A DNA stretch of 64,000 nucleotides from an uncultured Acidobacteriota bacterium. GTDB lineage: Bacteria > Acidobacteriota > Vicinamibacteria > Vicinamibacterales > UBA2999. Shown piece after piece: positions 49,145 to 57,027 of this stretch; within the stretch, counting starts at the first letter, position 1; every line of letters starts with the position of its first letter. The stretch is from the NCBI GenBank assembly GCA_963793705.1, contig CAWCBC010000013.1, positions 14,600 to 78,599 of the forward strand, read 5' to 3'. The notes below the pieces were generated by a model. The model had not been told where the DNA came from and searched no databases. It was given only the letters and a program-made list of their open reading frames with translations. Made by a program: the position numbers and the translations under genes.

Positions 49145-51289
49145 TTGTTGATGCTCACCCTTCTGCTGTCGCTGGGGCGGACCTCAGCTGTGCAGCAAGG
49201 CGGGACAACCACCCAGCCGTCGAATACGACAGTCGCCGGCGAACTGTTGATTGAGCCGGCGACACTCATCAACCTGGGATTCGAGTGGTTCATCCAGGGG
49301 GACGCCAACCGCAACGCCGCGGTCGCCGTTTCGTTCAGGAAACAGGGCGAAACGGCCTGGCGCGACGCGCTGCCGCTCCTGCGGCTGCAGGGTGAGCGTA
49401 TCTACGCGGAATCGCGAGTGGACGTCATCGCGCCCAACATGTTCGCCGGGAGCGTGCTCGATCTGGAGCCCGGCACGGCCTACGAGGTCCAGCTGGTCAT
49501 GAAGGACCCGGACGGCGGTCGACTGCGGCGAGTCGCGCCGCATCGTCACCGTCCGGACGCGCGCCGAGACCGACGCCCTATCAGCGGCGGGCGCACATTT
49601 CACGTCTACCCGCATGGCTTCAAGGGATCGAAGACCGAACCGGCGTTCGAAGGGCTGATGTGCGCCTACAACGAATGGTGTGCCGGCACCGACTGGGCGA
49701 CGTCAGGCCGTCCGCGCGTGCGGCCGGGCGACACGATCCTGGTCCATGCCGGCGTCTACAAATACAACCGCTACGAGTACACCAACGACGCGTCGGTCAA
49801 TCGCACGGTGCCGCTCGACGGCACGTACTACCTGACCGCGGATGGCACACCTGAGATGCCAATCGCGATCGTCGCCGCCGGCGATGGCGACGTCGTCTTC
49901 GACGGCAGCGGCAACTTCGCGCTGTTCGACGTGCGCGCGGCCGACTACACGTATTTCGAGGGCATCACCTTCCGCAACACCGAGGTCGGAATCCTGGCCG
50001 GAACGCAGTTCCTGCTTGGCTCGAAGGGGTTGACGGTCAAACGGAGCCGGTTCGAAAACGTCGGCGCCGGCGTGTTCAGCAACTACTCGGGTTCGAGCGG
50101 CTTCTACATCGCCGACAGCACCTTCATCGGCCGGAACGATCCGAAGCACCTGATTGGCTGGGCGGGCGATATGTGGACGAAGTTCCGCGGCGTCGAGGGG
50201 CAGATCTTCCCTCCCGCCATGGCGTCCTACGTCGCCGTCAAACTCTATGGCCCCGGCCATGTCGTCGCCTACAACTACATCGCCGACTTCCACGACGGCA
50301 TCAACGTCGAGACCTACGGCAATCCCGACGGCTCGGTCGCCTCCGGCCCCGGCATTGTTGACGGCCCGAAGTATCCGACGCGCGATGCCTGGGACCGCCG
50401 GCCCGTGGCGATCGACTTCTACGGCAACTACATCACCAACAGCCACGACAACCCGATCGAGGCCGACGGGAGCATGCACAACATCCGCATCATGCGGAAC
50501 CTCTTTCTCAACCACGCGTCGCACGCCTTCTGCAATCAGCCGACGCTCGGCGGCCCGGTCTACTGGATCCGCAACATCGCCTATCACCTGCCGGCGGGAT
50601 CGACGCGGCTGACCAACGGCGCCGCGGGCGCGCTGTTCTACAACAACACCATCCTGTCGGAGACGGCGGCGGCCGCGACCTCGAACTCGCACTGGCGCAA
50701 CAACCTGATACTCGGCGAGAACGCACTGCCGGCGATCTTCGCGGTGACGACGTTCACGAACTACACCTCGTCCGACTACAACGGATTCCGTCCGAATCCT
50801 GGGGCGAAGACGTCGTTCGAGTGGACCTCGCCGCCCTCGCCCGTCATCGCGGACTTCACCGGCCCCGGTCGCGCCGCACAACTCGAGACCCGCCGCTTTG
50901 CGTCCCTGGCCGACTATGCCAAGGCGACCGGCCAGGACGGACACAGCGTGCTGGTGGATTACGACGTGTTCATGAAGGTGCCGAAGCTCGACGCGCAGGA
51001 TGCGGCGACGGTGCAGAGGTTGTATGACGCGCGCGACCTCGACTTCCGCCTGCGATCTGGATCGGCGGCCGTTGATCGCGGCGTCGCGCTGCCGACCGTC
51101 ACGAGCGGATTCTCCGGACGGGCGCCGGATCTCGGTGCCATCGAAGCCGGTGCGCCCGCGCCAACCTACGGCCCGCGTCCGGTCCCGCAACGACTCGAAC
51201 GTTTCGAACGACTCGAACGACTCGAACGACTCGAACGACTCGAACGATTCGAACGATCCGAACGATCCGAACGATCCGAACGACTATAA
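49145..51289 (+). CDS. Secreted right-handed beta-helix (pectate-lyase-fold) protein; local frame errors near 49510-49590; C-terminus runs into a 9-nt repeat
   Basis: Parallel beta-helix-like repeats (FEGITFRNTEVGILAG, VKRSRFENVGAGVFSN, YIADSTFIGRND, NYITNSHDNPIEADGS, IMRNLFLNHASHAF, YNNTILSE). Tail RLERFERLERLERLERLERFERSERSERSERL*. Confidence 0.7.
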   Translation: MLMLTLLLSLGRTSAVQQGGTTTQPSNTTVAGELLIEPATLINLGFEWFIQGDANRNAAVAVSFRKQGETAWRDALPLLRLQGERIYAESRVDVIAPNMFAGSVLDLEPGTAYEVQLVMKDPDGGRLRRVAPHRHRPDARRDRRPISGGRTFHVYPHGFKGSKTEPAFEGLMCAYNEWCAGTDWATSGRPRVRPGDTILVHAGVYKYNRYEYTNDASVNRTVPLDGTYYLTADGTPEMPIAIVAAGDGDVVFDGSGNFALFDVRAADYTYFEGITFRNTEVGILAGTQFLLGSKGLTVKRSRFENVGAGVFSNYSGSSGFYIADSTFIGRNDPKHLIGWAGDMWTKFRGVEGQIFPPAMASYVAVKLYGPGHVVAYNYIADFHDGINVETYGNPDGSVASGPGIVDGPKYPTRDAWDRRPVAIDFYGNYITNSHDNPIEADGSMHNIRIMRNLFLNHASHAFCNQPTLGGPVYWIRNIAYHLPAGSTRLTNGAAGALFYNNTILSETAAAATSNSHWRNNLILGENALPAIFAVTTFTNYTSSDYNGFRPNPGAKTSFEWTSPPSPVIADFTGPGRAAQLETRRFASLADYAKATGQDGHSVLVDYDVFMKVPKLDAQDAATVQRLYDARDLDFRLRSGSAAVDRGVALPTVTSGFSGRAPDLGAIEAGAPAPTYGPRPVPQRLERFERLERLERLERLERFERSERSERSERL
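51191..51289. repeat. Eleven tandem 9-nt units CGACTCGAA (degenerating to CGATCCGAA, CGACTATAA)
   Basis: Read directly. The last unit contains the stop TAA 51287-51289 and most of a TATAAT hexamer. Confidence 0.9.
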
Positions 51290-51290
51290 T
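51285..51290 (+). promoter_or_regulatory. TATAAT hexamer 9 nt upstream of the STAS gene ATG (possible near-leaderless promoter)
   Basis: tataat at 51285-51290; ATG at 51300. No good -35 seen (repeat sequence upstream). Confidence 0.3.
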
Positions 51291-51299
51291 TTCCGTTCG

Positions 51300-51650
51300 A
51301 TGGAAATTCGTGAACGTGCCATCGGGGACGTCGCCGTGCTCGACGTGATTGGACGCATGGTGCTCGGCGGCGATCGCGCCAGCGATACGCTCTTCAGGAG
51401 CCGGGTCGCCGACCTGTTGGCGGCCGAGAAGCCGCGGGTCATCATCAACCTTGAACAGGTCACGCAGGTGGACACGTCTGGGCTCACCGCGCTGGTCACG
51501 TCGCATTTGACGGCGGCGAAGCGCGGCGGGGCGCTGAAGCTGGTGAACCCCACCGGACGCGTCCGCGAGCTGCTCGGCATCACGCGGCTGGATACGATGT
51601 TCGAGGTGTTCGACAGCGAGAAGCTGGCGGTCGCCAGCTTCGACAGCTAG
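51300..51650 (+). CDS. STAS-domain anti-sigma-factor antagonist (SpoIIAA-like)
   Basis: MEIRERAIGDVAVLDVIGRMVLG...VIINLEQVTQVDTSGLTALV...GALKLVNPTGRVRELLGITRL..FEVFDSE is the canonical STAS pattern with the conserved DTSG(L). Confidence 0.8.
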   Translation: MEIRERAIGDVAVLDVIGRMVLGGDRASDTLFRSRVADLLAAEKPRVIINLEQVTQVDTSGLTALVTSHLTAAKRGGALKLVNPTGRVRELLGITRLDTMFEVFDSEKLAVASFDS

Positions 51651-52285
51651 AGCGGCTTTCCGTTTCGTGTAGGAGGCCGGCCCGGCTCCGCGCGTCGGCG
51701 GCCTCACCGGGCGAGCCTGCTCGCGGCTCCCGGTTCGCGACGTGGAAAATCGGACCCCCGGCATGGTCTGACGAAAACGCCGTCGCCTTGAATGATCCGT
51801 GCGACAGCCTTCAAATCGTGTCGGTAACCGGGTATGTCGGACGGTAGTGGCGATAGCAGCGGCGTCGGCGCAACCACGCCTGGGGGCCCGATTTAACGTC
51901 TCCGCTGATCACGTCGCTCACAGGGAGCCACGATCAGGCTCGCCCGGTGAGGCCATTGAAAACGCGCTGATTGGCGTGGCGGCTTGGCACATTGCGTCGC
52001 CAAGCCTTCGAGCAAGCCGACAGCGAAGTCGAAAGAGCGCGAGGAGGCTGAGACTTCGGCGAGGTTGAGCCGCGCGATCCCGGGGCCCCCGCCGCGCACG
52101 CTTGCGCGGTGGGGTGGAGAAGCGCGGCGACCCGAGCGGCCTGCGAGGCCAACGCCACCGGAGCGCTCTTCGGCGCCGCGAGCGGCTTCGCGACGCGATG
52201 TGCCAAGCCGCCTCGCCAATCTGGGTAGTGGGCTACTTTGAGGGCCCGCTACACGGAATCGAGAACTGCTCTGGCCTTCGCCGAA

Positions 52286-52316
52286 AGGCCGACCTCAAGG
52301 TCGGCCTCTACCCTAC
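52286..52316. repeat. REP-like hairpin AGGCCGACC-TCAA-GGTCGGCCT followed by CTAC-C-CTAC
   Basis: 9-bp stem 52286-52294 / 52299-52307. The second CTAC (52313-52316) contains the aminotransferase TAG stop. Confidence 0.8.
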
Positions 52317-53455
52317 ACGCGAACGAGACGCTCGGCAGCGCGCTTCAGCGTGTCGTCCTTCTTCGCAAAACAGAACCGCACGACCGGGCCCGGCTCTTCG
52401 TTCTCGTTGAGGAACGGCGAGATCGGAATCGCCGCCACGCCATGCTCGCGCGTCAGCCGCTGCGCGAAGTCGATATCGCGCTCATCGGTGATGGCCGAGT
52501 AGTCCACCAGCTGAAAGAACGTACCGCGGCACGCCAGCGGCTTGAAACGCGAGCCGGCAATCAGTGACAGAAACAGGTCGCGCCGCCCCTGGTAGAACGC
52601 GGTGACATCTGCGGCGGCGGGGTCGCGGTTCACCATCTCGGCATACGCCATCTGCACCGCCCCGTTCACCGCAAACGTGACCCACTGGTGCACGCCCTGA
52701 ATCTCCCTCGTCAGTTCCGGCGGCGCCGCGCAGTAGCCGACCTTCCATCCCGTCGTGTGGTAGGTCTTGCCGAATGAGCTGATGACGATGGCGCGGGCGG
52801 CGATGTCCGGATAGCGCGCCAGGCTTTCGTGCGTGCCGCCGTCAAAGATGATGTGCTCGTAGACCTCGTCGCTGATCACGATCGCGTCGGTTCCCTCGAG
52901 CGTCCGCCGCAGTTCGGCGATGTCGTCGGCGGTCCAGACCATCCCGGTCGGGTTGTGCGGTGTGTTGAGGACGATGGCCCGCGTGCGACTGGACACCTTC
53001 CTGCGGACCTCATCCCAGTCGATTCGGTAGTCGGGGTAGCGGAGCGTGACGTACCGCGGCACGCCGCCGCTCAGCACGATCGACGGCGTGTACGAGTCGT
53101 ACGCCGGCTGAAACAGGAGCACTTCGTCGCCAGGGTGCACGAGTGCCGTCAGCGCGACGAACAAGCCTTCGGTGGCCCCGGTCGTGACGGTGATTTCCGT
53201 CGCCGGATCGTAGCGGCGTCCGTACAGCCGCTCGATCTTCATCGCCAGCGCCTCGCGCAGCGCGAGCACGCCCGGCATCGGCGCGTACTGGTTGTGTCCC
53301 TCGCGCATGAAGCGCGCAACGCCCTCGATCAGCTCCGGCGCGCAGCTGTAGTCAGGGAAGCCCTGCGACAGGTTGATCGCGCCGTGCTCGTTGGCCAGGC
53401 GCGTCATCACGGCGAAGATACTCACGCCGCCGGACGGCAGCTTCGGTTTCAGCAC
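52313..53455 (-). CDS. Class I/II pyridoxal-phosphate aminotransferase (YbdL/methionine-aminotransferase-like)
   Basis: Start set at GTG 53455, giving MLKPKLPSGGVSIFAVMTRLANEHGAINLSQGFPD, the typical N-terminus. SSFGKTYHTTGWKVGY contains the PLP lysine motif. Confidence 0.85.
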   Translation of the reverse strand: MLKPKLPSGGVSIFAVMTRLANEHGAINLSQGFPDYSCAPELIEGVARFMREGHNQYAPMPGVLALREALAMKIERLYGRRYDPATEITVTTGATEGLFVALTALVHPGDEVLLFQPAYDSYTPSIVLSGGVPRYVTLRYPDYRIDWDEVRRKVSSRTRAIVLNTPHNPTGMVWTADDIAELRRTLEGTDAIVISDEVYEHIIFDGGTHESLARYPDIAARAIVISSFGKTYHTTGWKVGYCAAPPELTREIQGVHQWVTFAVNGAVQMAYAEMVNRDPAAADVTAFYQGRRDLFLSLIAGSRFKPLACRGTFFQLVDYSAITDERDIDFAQRLTREHGVAAIPISPFLNENEEPGPVVRFCFAKKDDTLKRAAERLVRV

Positions 53456-53499
53456 GGAGGTTCCAGCCAGAGCATCATTCGCGATCTGGTGTTCAGCTC

Positions 53500-53741
53500 C
53501 GATCCACAGGTGAGGCTTGATCGACACCAGCGGATACTTGCGACGGAGATCGACGACCCGATCGTAATACCCGGCCTTGGGAATCGCGCCGGTCACGAGC
53601 GCATGGCGAAGCCGGCGCAGTTCGTAGCGATACAGATCGTTGATGAAATCGTAGACGAGTTCGGGAGGTGTTGTCAGCGGTCGGCCGCACGCCGTGCAGG
53701 AGGAGCTGCTCGAGCACCTCCGCCCGATAGCGGTACGCCAT
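53500..53741 (-). CDS. Small hypothetical protein, frameshifted; 3' end unresolved (currently runs into the aminotransferase frame)
   Basis: MAYRYRAEVLEQLLLHGVRPTAD (53493..53777 frame) continues as ...LRHALVTGAIPKAGYYDRVVDLRRKYPLVSIKPHLW in the 52313..53596 frame. The ATG overlaps the upstream stop (ATGA at 53739-53743). Confidence 0.35.
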
Positions 53742-54472
53742 CACCGCCGCGCGCCGGGGGTCGCGGGCGCCGCGCACGGCGGCTGCTTGACGTAGGCGCG
53801 AGCCTCCGTCATTTCAGGTGGCGACCCGGGACGGCTGCCCCACCACGAGATGAGCCGCTGGTACTGGGCGCAGGCGACGGCGATGCGCTGCTGGCGCGCG
53901 GCGGACCGCGCCGCACCAAGCAGGACGGCGGGCGTCGAGCCGACCCGCTGCGCCGCGACGTCGAATGCACGCGCGGCTTCGTCGTAGATGTGCAGCTGCA
54001 GCCAGAAATAGCCGGCGGCTTCGTGTGCGGAGAGCACCGGAACGGCCGGCAGCCTCGCCTCGAGCTGCAGCAACTCGCGCCGGAGCATCTCGTCGATGAG
54101 CAGCGCCATCTCGGCCCGTTCGTGTTGAGCGGCCGGCAGCGCGGCCCGCAGCACCGCCTGCATGATGCGGGCGACGGGATCGGCGGCCGCCGCCGGCTCG
54201 AGCGCGGTAATGGCCTGCTTCACCGGCTGGAGGGATGCGGCCGATCCAAATTGCGCGTCGGCCACGCGAGCAGCCACGAGACCGCGGACGTAGATCGCCA
54301 CCGTTTCCGCTGACGCGCATCCCGCGCGCGCCGCCGCACCGTAGGCCTCGGCGGCCGCGATGAGATCGAACGCCTCGGCGAGTCGCGCTGCCTCCTCGAC
54401 ATGCCGGGCCGCATCGCCACGACACGGCGCGTTCTGCAGCAGGGCAAGCGTGAGCAGGGTGGCGAGCAACAC
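53741..54472 (-). CDS. Hypothetical exported helical protein
   Basis: 243-aa ORF with a GTG start and an N-terminal hydrophobic segment LLATLLTLALLQNAPC. Ala-rich helical repeats. No family recognised. Confidence 0.5.
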   Translation of the reverse strand: MLLATLLTLALLQNAPCRGDAARHVEEAARLAEAFDLIAAAEAYGAAARAGCASAETVAIYVRGLVAARVADAQFGSAASLQPVKQAITALEPAAAADPVARIMQAVLRAALPAAQHERAEMALLIDEMLRRELLQLEARLPAVPVLSAHEAAGYFWLQLHIYDEAARAFDVAAQRVGSTPAVLLGAARSAARQQRIAVACAQYQRLISWWGSRPGSPPEMTEARAYVKQPPCAAPATPGARR

Positions 54473-54505
54473 TCTGGGCGGCGGGCCTCGCCCGCGAGCA
54501 TCACT

Positions 54506-55366
54506 TTACAGGATGCGCACGCGGGCGCGCGCCTCGCCAAGCACGATTTCGTCGCCTGATTCGAGACGAATCCCTCGCGACCCGGCAGGCACCGCCACCG
54601 TCCGTCCATTTCTCACGATGCTGGTGCCGTGGGCGCTGCGATCGTCACGAAGGCGGTAGTGGCGGGCTGCCTCGACGTACTCGATATGCGCATGCCGCCG
54701 CGAAACGGAGTGGTTCGATGCGCCCGCGAGGTCGACGAACGCGACGTGATTCGTCCGCACGAGGCGGCTGAGGCTGTCGCGAACCTCGGCACATCGCCCG
54801 AGATTCACCCGTGGCAGCGCAAAGGCGTAGCTCGCCTTTTCGGCCGTGCCGTTGACGATGGTGATCCTGAGCTCGCGAGCGGCCTGCGGCGCCGGGCCGG
54901 GAGCCGGCGCGGGGACAGGCCCAGGGATACGCCCAGGGACAGGCAGGGCGACGGGCGCGGGTGCCGGCGCGCCGCGCGTGAACTCGACGTGAAAGTCGGG
55001 CGTCGGCCAGGCCGCGCCAGGCCGCGGCGCGTAAGCGACCACACACTGCAGCGACGCCGGATCGCAGCCAGCGTCGCGCAGCCGCGCCGCGATGCGCTGC
55101 TGCAGCGTGGGCTCGCTCTCGAACACGGCCGCGAACCGCGCGCGGTCATCGCGAGACGAGGCCGCAATCGTCACGTGGATTCGGTTGAACGGAAACACGT
55201 AGCGGCCGCGTGCGGCAGGCTCGAGCCGCTCGGCAACCGTGTCGACAATCGCTTGTGCGATCTCGAGCGGCTCGTGCGCGCCTGACCTCGACCACTCGCG
55301 CGCGGCGCGCTCGACCGCGCGCGTCATGCCTGCCTCGAGACGCTTCACTTTATGGAGGATATTCAT
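54506..55366 (-). CDS. FhaA-like protein 2: DUF3662-type N-terminal domain + C-terminal FHA domain
   Basis: MNILHKVKRLEAGMTRAVERAA...EPLEIAQAIV...YVFPFNRIHVTIAA... (FhaA_N-like), Pro/Ala linker, then NLGRC...VSRRHAHIEY....YRLRDDRSAHGTSIV (FHA). The ATG overlaps the PBP stop (ATGA). Confidence 0.75.
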   Translation of the reverse strand: MNILHKVKRLEAGMTRAVERAAREWSRSGAHEPLEIAQAIVDTVAERLEPAARGRYVFPFNRIHVTIAASSRDDRARFAAVFESEPTLQQRIAARLRDAGCDPASLQCVVAYAPRPGAAWPTPDFHVEFTRGAPAPAPVALPVPGRIPGPVPAPAPGPAPQAARELRITIVNGTAEKASYAFALPRVNLGRCAEVRDSLSRLVRTNHVAFVDLAGASNHSVSRRHAHIEYVEAARHYRLRDDRSAHGTSIVRNGRTVAVPAGSRGIRLESGDEIVLGEARARVRIL

Positions 55367-57027
55367 TCGATAAGACCCCTCGCCGCGGCAGCGGTGACAA
55401 TCTCGCCGGCGGCAGGCGCGGCGACCGAGCCGCCGTAGCCCGCCTGTTCGAACAGCACGGCAAATGCGATCTGCTTCTCCCCGCGGTGGGGAGCGAATCC
55501 GACAAACCACGCGTGCGACGGCGCGTTGGCGACCTCCGCCGTACCGGTCTTGCCGGCAATCCGCCCCGGGTGCGCGCCGAGCGTCCGACCGGTTCCGGCG
55601 ACCACCGCGTCGCGGAGCGCACCGCCAAGAAGCGTCGCCGCCGCCGGGGTGAGCAGGCGATCGGTCTTGCCAGAATTGGGTCCGGCCTGAAGGACGCCGG
55701 ACCCACATACGTCGGACTTTCGTCAGCCGCGGTTCCCGCAGCAGACCCCCATCGGCGATCGCCGCGGCCACTCGCGCCATTCGCAGAGGCGTCGCGACCA
55801 CGTCCCCCTGCCCGTAGGCGGCGTGAGCCAGCGTTGCGCGCACGCGGGACACCGAGTTGTCGCGCGCGATCGACACACCCACCAGCGTGGCCGTATCCAG
55901 CAGCGGCTGGGGACCGAGTCGAACGGCCAACTGGGCGAAATAGGCATTGCACGACTGGACGATGGCGTCGTGCATCGCGAGCGAGCCGTGTGGATGGTCG
56001 TCCCGCAGGTCATCCCTGACCACGCCGAATCCAGACACACGCGCGCCGACGCGGCCCTGATCCTGCCGCGTGCACATGAACGAGTCGTTCCAATTCGCCG
56101 AATCGAGCCGCAGCGCAGCGGCCGCCGTCACCAGCTTGAACGTCGAACCTGGCGCATAGAGCCCGTACCGCCGCCCGATCGAACACCGCCTCTCCCGCCT
56201 CTCCGGCTTCCCCGCCATCGTCCACGTCGCCAACAGGCAACGGGTAGCTCACGGACGCGAGGAGGGCACCTGTCGTCGGGATCGATCACGACGGCGGCGG
56301 CGCGACCCGTGGAGGTGCGCGCCGCGTGTTTCGCGAGGATGCGGGCGACGCGCGCCTGGAACGGGGCGTCGATCGTCAGCGTCACGTCGCGCGTGCGCTC
56401 GAGAAACGCCTTGACGGCCGCGTGGCCAGGCTGACGGCGATGGCGCAGCAGCGGAAGCAGATCGCGATAGTCGCGCCGAACCGTCGGCACGGATCGGCCG
56501 GCGGCATCGGTCACCGAGACCACGGCGGCGTGATCGTCAAACCCGCGCAGCCGGTCCTGCAGATCGCGCTCGATATACGAGGAGTTGCTCGCGCCCCAGT
56601 TTCGGCGTGTCGGGAGATCGCCGATCAGATGAAACGCCATGGCGCCGAGCGGATAACAACGCTCCATCCCTTCGGCCGGCGCGCGCTGCACGCCACCTGA
56701 CGCGTCGCACTCTGCGATCTCGATGCCGCGCTTCTTGTATTCAGCCGATGCGCTCTTCATCAGCGCGAGGTCGCTCGTCGCCAGCGGCAAACCGTTGCGG
56801 TCGAACACCGTGCCGCGCGGGATCTGACCGATCACCTCGAGCACGCGCGGGTTGTATTGATAGCGACGGACGCCGTCGGCCTGACGCCCGAGATGCGGCT
56901 TGACGGCGTAGGTGTCAGCCCGGATGACTTGAACGTTCACCAGCACCCCGATCAGCACGAGGGCCGCAACCGTCAGGGTCGCGGCGATCGAGCGGACGCC
57001 GCGGCCGAAGGGGGCCGACGTCGCCAA
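55363..57027 (-). CDS. Class B penicillin-binding protein (PbpA/PBP2-like transpeptidase); several frame corrections; start tentative
   Basis: TM IAATLTVAALVLIGVLV, AAAVVIDPD, SYPLP, APGSTFKLVTAAAAL (SxxK), VQSCNAYF (SxN), GKTGTAEV (KTG). Pieces are in ORFs 56128..58776 (3' part), 56010..56252, 54506..56233 (5' part) and 55363..55605. Confidence 0.8.

Noticed and set aside
51651-52285. RNase P RNA, tmRNA, SRP RNA or a riboswitch in the long convergent gap
   Set aside because: I could not find the conserved boxes I know for these RNAs (for example GAGGAAAGTCC, a tmRNA tag ORF ending with a TCCACCA 3' end, or the SRP GGAA tetraloop context). It is left as an unexplained structured region.
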